Assembly: GCF_000737315.1 (NCBI RefSeq)
Contig: NZ_JMCB01000013.1
Coordinates: 248,001-312,000, forward strand
DNA: 64,000 nt
Direction: 5' to 3'
Source: Hyalangium minutum
GTDB lineage: Bacteria; Myxococcota; Myxococcia; Myxococcales; Myxococcaceae
A program made the position numbers and the translations under genes. A model generated the notes under the pieces. It was not told the DNA's origin. It saw only the letters and a program-made list of their open reading frames with translations, and ran no database searches. Shown in pieces: positions 31,686 to 40,775 of the stretch (the stretch's first letter is position 1; every line of letters starts with the position of its first letter).

Positions 31686-33287
31686 TCAGGCCACGGAGGG
31701 AAGGTCGGTGTTGTGGCCCGCGAGCTGGATCTGCCGCGTGGCCTCCATGGACCGCTGGATGTCGTCCTCGGACATGCCCGAGGACAGCGTCAGCGTGGTC
31801 GTCGTCTTCTGGCCGGTCTCCGTGTCACAGGCGGACACGTTCACCAGGCCGTTGGTGTCGATCTCGAACGTCACTTCGATCTTCACCTCGCCGCGGTAGC
31901 CGATGCGGAAGCCCGAGAACTCGAACTCGCCCAGCAGCTCGCACTCGTCGGCGCGGTTGGACTCGCCTTGGTACACGCGGATCTTCACCTTCTCCTGCCC
32001 GTCACGGCTGGTGGTGAAGGTCTTCGAGCGGTCGATCGGCACCGGCGTGTTCTTGTCGATGATCTTCTCGGTGTAGCCGCCCACGGTGCCAAGCCGCAAC
32101 GTCAGCGGCGTCACGTCCACCAGGAACGTCTCCGCCCCAGCGTCCAGCAGCGCGTGCGCCTGGAGGCATGCCCCCAGCGCCACCACCTGGTCCGGGTTGA
32201 TGCCCTCCATGGGCTCCCGCTGGAAGTAGTGCTTCACGGAGTTGCGGATGATGGGCAGGCGCGTGGGGCCGCCCACCAGAATCACCGCGTCGATGTCCGA
32301 GGCCGTCAGCCGGGCGCTCTGCAGCGCCTCGTCGCACACCTTGAAGGTGCGCTGCACCAGGTCCATCACCATGCGGTTGAACTGGTCCTGGGTGAGATGC
32401 TGCTTCAGGTTCAGCACCTTGCCGTTGGCGTCCTGGCAGATGCCCTCGCAGAGCACGTCCGCCACGCCGTACTGGCCCACGTCGATCTTCGCCTTCTCCG
32501 CCGCGTCCTTCAGCATCTGCAGGCAGTACTTGTTCTGCCGCAGATCCAGCCGCGTCTTGGCCAGGAAGTCCTCGGCCAGCCACGTCATGATGCGGTCGTC
32601 GAAGTCATCGCCGCCCAGGTACGTATCGCCCGCGGTGGAGAGCACCTCGAACACGTCCTTGCCGATCTCCAGGATGGACACGTCGAACGTACCGCCGCCC
32701 AGATCGTAGACCACCACGCGCTGGTTCACGTCCCGGCCGAAGCCGTAGGCGAGCGCCGCCGCGGTGGGCTCATTGAGGATGCGCAGCACCTCGAGCCCCG
32801 CCACGCGGCCCGCGTCCTTGGTGGCCTGGCGCTGGTTGTCGTTGAAGTAAGCCGGCACCGTGACGACGGCCTTGGTCACCTCGCGCCCCAGGTACGTCTC
32901 CGCGACGGCCTTCATCTCCTTGAGCACCAGCGCGGAGATCTCCGGCAGCGAGTACGTGCTGCCGCGCACCTCGATGCGCACCGAGTTGTGATCGCCCTCG
33001 ACGATGTTGTACGGCATCACCGCCTGGGCCTTCTTCACCTCGTCCGAGAAGAAGTAGCGGCCAATGAGCCGCTTGGCGGAGTACACCGTCGCCTCGGGCG
33101 CTTGGATGATGTTCTTCTTGGCCGCATTGCCCACCAGCACCGAGCCGTCTTCCAGGAACGAGACGCACGAGGCATGGCTGGTCTCGCCCCACTCATTGGG
33201 GATGACCCCCGGCTGTCCGTCCTGGACCACCGCCACGCACGAGTACGAGGTGCCCAGGTCGATGCCGATTGCAATCTCGTCCGACAT
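31686..33287 (-). CDS. dnaK: Hsp70/DnaK paralog lacking the C-terminal lid
   Basis: [43 protein letters not shown]; 533 aa, ending soon after the beta substrate-binding domain. Confidence 0.9.
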   Translation of the reverse strand: MSDEIAIGIDLGTSYSCVAVVQDGQPGVIPNEWGETSHASCVSFLEDGSVLVGNAAKKNIIQAPEATVYSAKRLIGRYFFSDEVKKAQAVMPYNIVEGDHNSVRIEVRGSTYSLPEISALVLKEMKAVAETYLGREVTKAVVTVPAYFNDNQRQATKDAGRVAGLEVLRILNEPTAAALAYGFGRDVNQRVVVYDLGGGTFDVSILEIGKDVFEVLSTAGDTYLGGDDFDDRIMTWLAEDFLAKTRLDLRQNKYCLQMLKDAAEKAKIDVGQYGVADVLCEGICQDANGKVLNLKQHLTQDQFNRMVMDLVQRTFKVCDEALQSARLTASDIDAVILVGGPTRLPIIRNSVKHYFQREPMEGINPDQVVALGACLQAHALLDAGAETFLVDVTPLTLRLGTVGGYTEKIIDKNTPVPIDRSKTFTTSRDGQEKVKIRVYQGESNRADECELLGEFEFSGFRIGYRGEVKIEVTFEIDTNGLVNVSACDTETGQKTTTTLTLSSGMSEDDIQRSMEATRQIQLAGHNTDLPSVA

Positions 33288-33406
33288 TCCGTCTCCGGTG
33301 AAGTTCTGCACGGGTACTTCGGGACTCTTGCAGTCCTTTAAAGCGCGGGGATGTTCGCACCTGGGTGCGGGCGTGTCAAACCTTCCGTCTCTCTAAATCC
33401 GAACCA

Positions 33407-33419
33407 TTTCAAGGGCTTA
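33407..33419. promoter_or_regulatory. Candidate IHF site in the dnaK/amidotransferase divergent intergenic region
   Basis: TTTCAAGGGCTTA against consensus WATCAANNNNTTR (one mismatch); TTGACA on the minus strand at 33379-33374. Confidence 0.45.
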
Positions 33420-33516
33420 GCGGGGGGAGAGGGGCCTGGGGAGCGTGGGTTGAGCGGGGGGGCTGGCGTCACTATTTAACTGCTGAGCCACACGCTTCAT
33501 CCGGAGGTTTTGTTCC

Positions 33517-34350
33517 ATGTCGGTCGTCCTGGCGGTGCTCTCCTCGGATCCCAACCTGCTGAAGTGCGAGCTGGCGCGGCTGGAGGGTCAGGTTCTCCTC
33601 CAGGCGGAGCCCCGGGCCAACGCCGTGGGTGTGGGAACGTACGCGGACGGTGAGGTGCTGTTGCGCCGGTTGTCGAGCGACGCGGGGCTGTCGGTGAGCT
33701 CGCTGGCTCCCCCGCACGAGTCGGCGGCGCTCGTGTTTCACGGGGGCAAGCTGCCGGTGGGACTGTCGCTCGAGGACAACACCCAGCCGTTCCGGTCCAG
33801 GGCGTGGCTGTTCGCCCACCAGGGCGCGCTGCAGGGCTTCGATTGGCTGAGGACTTCGCTGCTGGAGCCGCTGCCCGAGTTTCTCCAGTGGCAGGTGAAG
33901 GGCTCCACAGAGGGCGAGGTGGCGTTCGCGCACTTCCTCAAGCACCTGCGGGATCTGGGGCGCATGGAGGATCCGCGGCTGGAGGCGGAGGTGGCAGGCC
34001 ACTGGCTGAGGGAGACGGCGCGGGAACTGGAGCGTGCGGCGGCCCAGGGCGGGGCGGCGCGAACCTCCACGCTGAACTTCGTGGCCACCAATGGGCGGAT
34101 CCTCGTGGCGACGCGCTCGGGCGAGGCGCCTCTCTATTACACGCGGCTGGAGGGCACGGATCACTGCGAGGTGTGCGGCATCACCTCGACGACGCCGGAG
34201 ACACATCCCAAGGTGATCGCGCACCGGCGCCACCGGGCGGTGGTGGTGGCCAGCCATGTGAAGCGCACCCAGGGATGGGTGGAGCTGACTCAAGGCACGG
34301 TGCTGGCGGTAAGCGAAGATCTCCAGGTCCGCCACCTTCCCGCGATCTGA
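33517..34350 (+). CDS. Class II glutamine amidotransferase-like (YafJ/EgtC-like Ntn fold) protein
   Basis: NTQPFR..WLFAHQG, GSTEGEVAF, STLNFVATNG; residue 2 is Ser, not Cys. Confidence 0.82.
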   Translation: MSVVLAVLSSDPNLLKCELARLEGQVLLQAEPRANAVGVGTYADGEVLLRRLSSDAGLSVSSLAPPHESAALVFHGGKLPVGLSLEDNTQPFRSRAWLFAHQGALQGFDWLRTSLLEPLPEFLQWQVKGSTEGEVAFAHFLKHLRDLGRMEDPRLEAEVAGHWLRETARELERAAAQGGAARTSTLNFVATNGRILVATRSGEAPLYYTRLEGTDHCEVCGITSTTPETHPKVIAHRRHRAVVVASHVKRTQGWVELTQGTVLAVSEDLQVRHLPAI

Positions 34351-34382
34351 GCGGACGCCCTCCGGGGCCGCGGCGCGCGCAT

Positions 34383-36419
34383 TCAGGGGTGCTGCACGGG
34401 CTGGGGCCTGGCCAGGGGCTCGCTCACGGGGGGGAGGCACGCGGAGACGGTCCGCACCTCTTCCTTCAACGCCGCGATGAGGGCATCCAACTCTTGGTGG
34501 ATTGCGTGGACAGCGGCGTGGCTCCGATCCGGAGTCCACGTTCCGTTTGTCAGGAGAGAGCGGCCCTTCTGGAGCGCCGCCCACAGCGCGTGAGTCTGCA
34601 GCAACTCCAGCGTCATCTTCATCCGGTGGGCGTGGAACTCGAACGCCTCGGCGTCCCGCTCCTCCAGGGCTTGCTGGAAGTCGTGCTTGCACTGCTCGGT
34701 GTTGCCGAGGGCCAGGGTGCTGAGCTCCAACAGGCCCTGGGTGTCTCCCTCGGCCATGGCACGGAACTTCTCGAAGCTGAACCGCGGCGGGGGGAGGGCC
34801 TCGTCCACCGCGGCCGTGGGCGGCTCTCGCTTCTCTTCGGGAAGGGGCTTCGGGGAGGGCGGCGGCGCGGGCAGGGTGACGTACTGGGCGATCTTCGCGA
34901 AGAGCTCATCCGGCTTGAAGGGCTTGCCCACGTAGTCCGTGAAGCCGGCCAGATCCACGCGCTCCTCCAGGCCCGGCCGGGCCGAGGCCGTCAGCGCCAG
35001 GATGGGCAGCCGCCGGAAGCGCTCGTCCGGGAGGTTCCGCAGGGTATAGGTGGCCTCGTAGCCGGAGAGCACGGGCATCTGCAGGTCCATCAGCACCAGT
35101 TCATAGGTGCGCTGCTGGAGCTTCTCGAGGGCCTGATGCCCGTTCTCCACCACCTCGAAGTCGATGCCCCACTTGCGCAGGAACTGGGAGACGACGAAGA
35201 CGTTGACGGAGTTGTCCTCGGCCACCAGCACCCGGACGCCGCGGAGAATCTGCGAGTCCGAGAGGTACTCGGCGGGGCCGGTGGACTCCTCCTCGCCCTG
35301 GGCGCGCTTCAGGCGCAGGGGGAAGGAGAACGTGGTGCCTCGGCCCAGCTCGCTCTCCACCTTCATGGTGCTGCCGTACATCTCCAGCAGCTTCTGGCAG
35401 ATGGTGAGGCCCAGGCCCGTGCCGCCGTACTTCAGGTTGATGTCGTAGCTGGCCTGGGAGAACTCCTCGAAGACGTGCGCCAGGCGGTCCGGGGCAATGC
35501 CGATGCCCGTGTCGCTGACGTGGAAGTCCACGGAGATGGCCTCCGGGGTGGCCTCGCGCACCCGCGCCGCCAGCGTGACGGAGCCCTCCTCGGTGAACTT
35601 GATGGCATTGCCCAGCAGGTTGGTGAGGATCTGCCCCAGCTTGACGGGATCTCCCATCAACCAGGCGGGCACCTGCTCGTCAATCTCCACCCGCACGGCC
35701 AGGCCCTTCTCCTCGGCCTTCACGTTGAGCCCGTGGAAGATGCCGTAGATGAGCTGGCGGACGTTGAAGCGCTTCTCCTCCAGAGAGACCTTGCCCGCCT
35801 CGATCTTGCTGAAGTCCAGGATGTTGTTGAGCAGGTTGAGCAGGTTCTCGGACGAGGTCTGCAGGATCTGCAAGTACTTGTGCTGCTGCGATGAGAGCGC
35901 CGTCTGCCCCAGCAGGTTCGACAGCCCGATGATGGCGTTCATCGGGGTGCGGATCTCGTGGCTCATCATGGAGAGGAAGTCCGCCTTGGCCTTGGCGGCC
36001 TCCTCGGCCTTCTTTCGCGCCAGTACCAGCTCCCGCTCGTACGTCTTCCGGTCCGAGATGTTGAAGACGGTGGTGCGGTGCAGGAGCACCTTGCCGGCCT
36101 CGTCCTTCTTCTGGACCGTGTTGGCCAGCACCGGCAGCGGGCGTCCGCTCTTGCTCACCAGCTCGAAGTTGATCTCCTCGACGGCGCCCTGCATCTGCAA
36201 GAGGGGTGCGTAGTGCGTCTCGTGGAAGATCTTCGCCCCCACCGCCAGCAGATCCTGGAAGCGCTTACCACCCAGCAGCTCCTCGCGTGAGTAGCCCGTC
36301 CACTTCAGGAACGTCTGGTTGACCTTGACGATGGTTCCGTTCGGCAGTGTGGAGATGTAGCCACAGGGCGCGTGCTCATAGAGCTCCTCAGCGCTTTCTT
36401 CGAGGGCTTGGATTTCCAC
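34383..36419 (-). CDS. Hybrid histidine kinase PAS-HisKA-HATPase-REC-Hpt
   Basis: ELYEHAPCGY PAS; SHEIRTPMN; NAIKFT; DTGIG; GTGLGL; LMDLQMP; C-terminal HAHRMK. GTG at 36419; the longer ORF upstream is a shadow frame. Confidence 0.9.
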   Translation of the reverse strand: MEIQALEESAEELYEHAPCGYISTLPNGTIVKVNQTFLKWTGYSREELLGGKRFQDLLAVGAKIFHETHYAPLLQMQGAVEEINFELVSKSGRPLPVLANTVQKKDEAGKVLLHRTTVFNISDRKTYERELVLARKKAEEAAKAKADFLSMMSHEIRTPMNAIIGLSNLLGQTALSSQQHKYLQILQTSSENLLNLLNNILDFSKIEAGKVSLEEKRFNVRQLIYGIFHGLNVKAEEKGLAVRVEIDEQVPAWLMGDPVKLGQILTNLLGNAIKFTEEGSVTLAARVREATPEAISVDFHVSDTGIGIAPDRLAHVFEEFSQASYDINLKYGGTGLGLTICQKLLEMYGSTMKVESELGRGTTFSFPLRLKRAQGEEESTGPAEYLSDSQILRGVRVLVAEDNSVNVFVVSQFLRKWGIDFEVVENGHQALEKLQQRTYELVLMDLQMPVLSGYEATYTLRNLPDERFRRLPILALTASARPGLEERVDLAGFTDYVGKPFKPDELFAKIAQYVTLPAPPPSPKPLPEEKREPPTAAVDEALPPPRFSFEKFRAMAEGDTQGLLELSTLALGNTEQCKHDFQQALEERDAEAFEFHAHRMKMTLELLQTHALWAALQKGRSLLTNGTWTPDRSHAAVHAIHQELDALIAALKEEVRTVSACLPPVSEPLARPQPVQHP

Positions 36420-36510
36420 GGGAAGCTCGAATTGGGATGGTTTCGACCACAGTAGATCTTGAAAGCACAGCGGCAACGTGGACTCCGGTTCACTGTGGGG
36501 AAGGAAACGC

Positions 36511-39500
36511 TCACTCCGGAAGGCTGGCGCACAGCCGCATGCCCACGGTGAGGTCTCGGAAGGAGGCCTCCGGGGCCTCGCGGTTGGTGGCGCGGCAGGT
36601 GGCGGCGCTGAAGTAGTAGCTGCTCCCCCGTGCCACCGGCTGGCCAGGGTTGAGGACAGAGCCGGTCCACTCCCACACGTTGCCGGCCATGTCTTCGAGG
36701 CCAAAGGGACTGGCGGAGGCTGGGTGACTGCCCACTTCGTCTGGACCGAAGGAGAGCGGCTCCTTGCCGTAGGTTTGATCGAAGTTGGCCTCGTTGGGCA
36801 GCAGCCGGTCCCCATGGGGGTACTCCCGTCCGTCGGCACCGCGGGCGGCGCGCTCCCACTCCAGCTCCGTGCAGAGCCGTGCCCCGGGCACTCGGCCCGT
36901 GGAGGCCAGCCACGCCGCATAAGCCTGGGCGTCCCCGTAGCGGATCCCCACCACCGGCAGCCGCTCCCACTCCACCTCCGCGCGGACGGTGCGGCCCGGG
37001 TAGCGCAGGCGCTCGCCTTGGCGCGCTTCGAGTCGCTGGGTGGTGGGCTGCAGGGCGAGCACCCAGCGTCCACTCGCCTCGCGGCTCAGGGACAGTGAGC
37101 CATACAGGCCCGTGCTGCCCGCGCGGGGCAGGTGCTCCTCCTGGAGCTTCGGAGGCAGCGACTCCAGGAAGGCCAGGTACTCCGCCCACGTCACCTCGTA
37201 GCGGCCGATGAAGTAGCCCTTTGTCTCCACCGGGTGCTGAGGGGCGGCGTTGAAGAACTGACGGACGCTCTCGTCCGCCGTGCTCCCGAAGAGGAAGCGG
37301 CCGGGGGGCACGTAGACAAAGCCTGAGGGAGTGCGGGTGGGGGGAGGCTGCAGGTTCACTTGACGGTGTTCCCCGCGCCCCAGCATCACCGGCAAACGCA
37401 CCTCAGCCCCATCGGTCGGGTGCATCGTGAGCAGGTATGAGCCCGCGGACAGGCTCAGCGTCTCGTTCTCCGCGCCGTTCGGTACGTCCTCCAGTGCCAG
37501 GGAGCCCTCGTGCGAGGGAACATACCGCTGCACACGCAGGAGTGACTCTGGGGGCTTCGTCACCTGGAGCCGCGCCGGAGCTGTCCACCGTGCCCAGCGC
37601 TCCCCTTCCGTGTCTACCAACTGAAGCCGGCTGGCGAGCACATCGCGCAAGCTCTTCTGCCCCATCGCTTCCGCTCGCCCCGCGCGTGTCAGCAGGGCAT
37701 CCGACAGCAGCCCCCGTACCTCCGGGTGTCCGGGTGCCAGGGCCAGTGCGCGTTCGAGGGCCTCGCCCTGCTTGGCCTGGTGCAGGTCTGTCTCGGAGGC
37801 ATGCTGACGTGCCTCGGCCCACGCTGCCTCGGCTTCTGGCAGGCGGCCCGTGTCGAAGGCCTGGAAGGCTTCATTCGCGGCCCGTTCCTGCGCTTCCGCG
37901 GCATGGGTTGCCTTGGCCAGGTGCTCGCGTGCCACCGTCAGCTCGGCGGTCGCGGCCCGTTCGCGCTCCATCGCCCCGCGCAGTTGCACCAGACCCGCGG
38001 CGGCCAGCAGCGAGACGAGGAAGGCCGCTCCCACCGCTTGCCGCCGCCGCCGTCGCCGCCGCAGCTCCTGGCGCGACGCCTCCAAGAAGCGCCGCTCTCG
38101 CTCCGGCAGCTCCTCGGGCTCCAGCGCCTGGGCCTCCTGCAGCGCTCGCTCTCCCCACAGCACCTCGGCGGAGTTTGCGGTCCGCTCCCACTCGCGCGCG
38201 CCCGCCTCCAGCCTCAGCCGGACCTCGCGCGTCTCTCCCTCTTCCGCCAGCCAGCGCGCCAGGGTGGCCCACCCGTGCAGCAGCGCCTCGTGGGCCACCT
38301 CATAGGTGCTGCCCTCCGCGGCCTCGCGCGCCGTCACCAACCGGCCACGGACCAGCGCCTCCAGTGCGGCGCGGTAGCGCGTGTCATCTCCGCACAGCTC
38401 GTCGGCACTGCGCCGGGCGCGCGTTCCCTCGTTCGTCACCAGCCGCAGCAACAGGGAGCGGGCGGCGCGCTGCTGTTCGGCGGGCAGGGCCTCCACGACT
38501 CCGTCGGCATGCCGGGCCAGTGCGCCCGACACGCCTCCGAGCACCTCCAGCGCCGAGGCGGGGATGACCGCGTGCTCCCGGGAGCGGCCCTCCCAGAGCT
38601 GCGCCAGCGCGAACTGCAGCAGCGGCAGCCCACCGTGGGCCGACACGGTCGCGTCCACGAGGGTCTTCACCAGCGCCTCGGACTCGAAGCGGAAGCCCTT
38701 GACGCGGGCCGGTCCAATCACGGCCTCGCGGACCTCGGTGGGACCGAGCGGAGGCACCAGATGGATCGCTCTGCCCACCTGGGGTCCCAGCCCAGGCAGG
38801 CCCGCGAGGCGGGTGAGGAAGTCGCTGCGGGCCGTGGCCACCAGCCTGACCCCGGGCAGCCCCTGGGCCAGAGGTGCGAGGGCCTGGGCGAACGAGGACG
38901 CCTCCTCCGGCACGCTCAGCGTGACGAGCTCCTCCAGCTGATCCACGTAGAGCGCCAGGCCCGCAGCGCTGCCCAGCGCCCCGCGAATCCGACGGGCAAG
39001 CGCCTCGGGCTCCGCCACCCACTGGGCCACCAAGGTCTCGGCGGACTCGCCCCATCTGGGAGCCAGCACCCGCGCAAGAGCGCTGAGCGGCCGCCGTCCC
39101 GGCACCATCCGCCGCGTCTCCCACCGTCGCCCATCTCCCAGGGCTCCCTCGTCGATCGAGGGCAGTACCCCCGCCGCGCACAGCGAGGACTTGCCCACCC
39201 CCGAATCTCCGGTGAGCAGGACGAAGCCGTCGGAGCTCAGCCGCTCCAGCACCGTGCGCGCCTCCCGAGCGCGTCCGAAGAAGACGGAGCGGTGCTCGGC
39301 CTCGAAGGCGCTCAGGCCCCGGTAGGGGTTGCCCTCGGGAACGGGCAGACGCGCCTCGGCGGAGCCCACCTGCTCCAGCGCGTCCAGCAGCTCCTCGGCG
39401 GAGGCATAGCGCGAGAGCGGATCCCGCCGCAGGCAGCGCTCCACCACGGACGCCAGCGCCGCATCCAGGCCCGGCGCGGCCTCTCGCAGGGGCGGGGTCT

Positions 39501-40212
39501 CCTCGCGCTGCACCGTCTGAGGCAGGGCGGCGAAAGGCACATGCCGGAAGGGGGCTCGTCCGCAGCACAGCTCATACAGGACGGCTCCCAGCGAGTAGAT
39601 GTCCGCGCGGGCCGTGGACTCTTCAGTGCCCCAGGCCTCGGGGGCCATGTAATAGGGCGTTCCCACCGGAGAGAGGGGAATCGAGCCGTCAGAGTCGGGC
39701 GGCTTCAGTTGCAGCTCGGAGGCGGGGGCCAGGTGGTTCTCGAGCAGCTTGGCCAGGCCGAAGTCCAGCAGCTTCGCTTGCCCAGGCTCGGTGATGATGA
39801 TGTTGCCGGGCTTGAGGTCGCGGTGCAGCACGCCCCGGCGGTGAGCGGCGGCCAGGCCGCGTGCCAGGTCGCGTCCCACTTGCAGCGCCCGCTCCCAGGG
39901 CACGGGCTTCTTCACCCGATCCAGGCTGACGCCCGGGGTGTACTCGGTGACGAGGTAGGCGTAGCCCTCTACCTGCCCCACGCGGTAGAGGGTGACGACG
40001 TGAGGGTGCTGGACACGGGCGGCGGCACGCGCCTCGTTGAGGAAGCGGGCCAGCCCTGCCTGGTCCCCCGCAGGGAGGAACTTCACGGCGACCGCACGCT
40101 CGAGCAGCGTGTCGTGCGCCAGGAATACCTGCCCGGTGCTGCCACGGCCCAGGGGACGCACCAGCCGGTATTCGTCGAACCGCTCGGGCGGCTTCCAGGA
40201 GGAGGGAGTCAG
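36511..40212 (-). CDS. Ser/Thr kinase - STAND-type NTPase - formylglycine-generating-enzyme (FGE/SUMF1)-like domain protein
   Basis: HRDLKPGN, DFGLAK, GTPYYMAPE; GDSGVGKSSL..AG; one TM-like helix; PTxxEWERAARG-like (CTELEWERAARG), MAGNVWEW. Start uncertain (CTG at 40212 or TTG at 40287). Confidence 0.9.
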   Translation of the reverse strand: MTPSSWKPPERFDEYRLVRPLGRGSTGQVFLAHDTLLERAVAVKFLPAGDQAGLARFLNEARAAARVQHPHVVTLYRVGQVEGYAYLVTEYTPGVSLDRVKKPVPWERALQVGRDLARGLAAAHRRGVLHRDLKPGNIIITEPGQAKLLDFGLAKLLENHLAPASELQLKPPDSDGSIPLSPVGTPYYMAPEAWGTEESTARADIYSLGAVLYELCCGRAPFRHVPFAALPQTVQREETPPLREAAPGLDAALASVVERCLRRDPLSRYASAEELLDALEQVGSAEARLPVPEGNPYRGLSAFEAEHRSVFFGRAREARTVLERLSSDGFVLLTGDSGVGKSSLCAAGVLPSIDEGALGDGRRWETRRMVPGRRPLSALARVLAPRWGESAETLVAQWVAEPEALARRIRGALGSAAGLALYVDQLEELVTLSVPEEASSFAQALAPLAQGLPGVRLVATARSDFLTRLAGLPGLGPQVGRAIHLVPPLGPTEVREAVIGPARVKGFRFESEALVKTLVDATVSAHGGLPLLQFALAQLWEGRSREHAVIPASALEVLGGVSGALARHADGVVEALPAEQQRAARSLLLRLVTNEGTRARRSADELCGDDTRYRAALEALVRGRLVTAREAAEGSTYEVAHEALLHGWATLARWLAEEGETREVRLRLEAGAREWERTANSAEVLWGERALQEAQALEPEELPERERRFLEASRQELRRRRRRRQAVGAAFLVSLLAAAGLVQLRGAMERERAATAELTVAREHLAKATHAAEAQERAANEAFQAFDTGRLPEAEAAWAEARQHASETDLHQAKQGEALERALALAPGHPEVRGLLSDALLTRAGRAEAMGQKSLRDVLASRLQLVDTEGERWARWTAPARLQVTKPPESLLRVQRYVPSHEGSLALEDVPNGAENETLSLSAGSYLLTMHPTDGAEVRLPVMLGRGEHRQVNLQPPPTRTPSGFVYVPPGRFLFGSTADESVRQFFNAAPQHPVETKGYFIGRYEVTWAEYLAFLESLPPKLQEEHLPRAGSTGLYGSLSLSREASGRWVLALQPTTQRLEARQGERLRYPGRTVRAEVEWERLPVVGIRYGDAQAYAAWLASTGRVPGARLCTELEWERAARGADGREYPHGDRLLPNEANFDQTYGKEPLSFGPDEVGSHPASASPFGLEDMAGNVWEWTGSVLNPGQPVARGSSYYFSAATCRATNREAPEASFRDLTVGMRLCASLPE

Positions 40213-40670
40213 CCCACCTCTCCCAGTCGCGAAGAGGGGCCCTTGAGCAGATCGAGGATCCGCTGCTCCACATCCTGAAGCGGGCAAGGCTTGGCGGCGA
40301 AGTCATCCGCGCCGGCCTCTTGCGCCCGGGCCTTGTGGGTCGGCGTGGCGTGGCCCGTGAGGGCGAGGATGGGAATGCCGCGGGTGTGAGGATCCATCTT
40401 GAGCTCCCGGATGGCGTCCCAGCCGCTCAGGACGGGGAGCGACAGGTCCATCAGGATGACGTCCGGGGAGGACTCCCGTACGCACTCCAGGGCCTGGGCG
40501 CCGTTCTCGGCGGTCAGCACCTCGAACCCCTGCAGGGAGAGGTACGTCGCATACAGCTCGCGGTTGTCCTCATAGTCCTCGACGACGAGGATGCGCCGTG
40601 CGTGAGCTGCGCCCGTGGACGAGGTGCCAGCCAGCGGAGAAGAGGCGGGAGCGGAAGGGAGTTCAGCCAT
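40209..40670 (-). CDS. Single-domain response regulator (DivK/CheY-like)
   Basis: VVEDYEDN, ILMDLSLP, ALTG, AKP. Confidence 0.9.
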   Translation of the reverse strand: MAELPSAPASSPLAGTSSTGAAHARRILVVEDYEDNRELYATYLSLQGFEVLTAENGAQALECVRESSPDVILMDLSLPVLSGWDAIRELKMDPHTRGIPILALTGHATPTHKARAQEAGADDFAAKPCPLQDVEQRILDLLKGPSSRLGEVG

Positions 40671-40775
40671 GACGGAACGAGATTTTAGCCTCGGGGGCAG
40701 AGAAGAGAGTCCCTGGAGGGGTCTCCGGTTTGTGTCACAGCCAACACTTTGCCGGGCTCGCGCATGCCTGGCTGC

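Noticed and set aside
36420-37073. Apparent 218-aa N-terminal extension of the hybrid histidine kinase
   Set aside because: It overlaps the kinase-FGE gene in another frame and reads as low-information sequence; PAS homology starts at GTG 36419.
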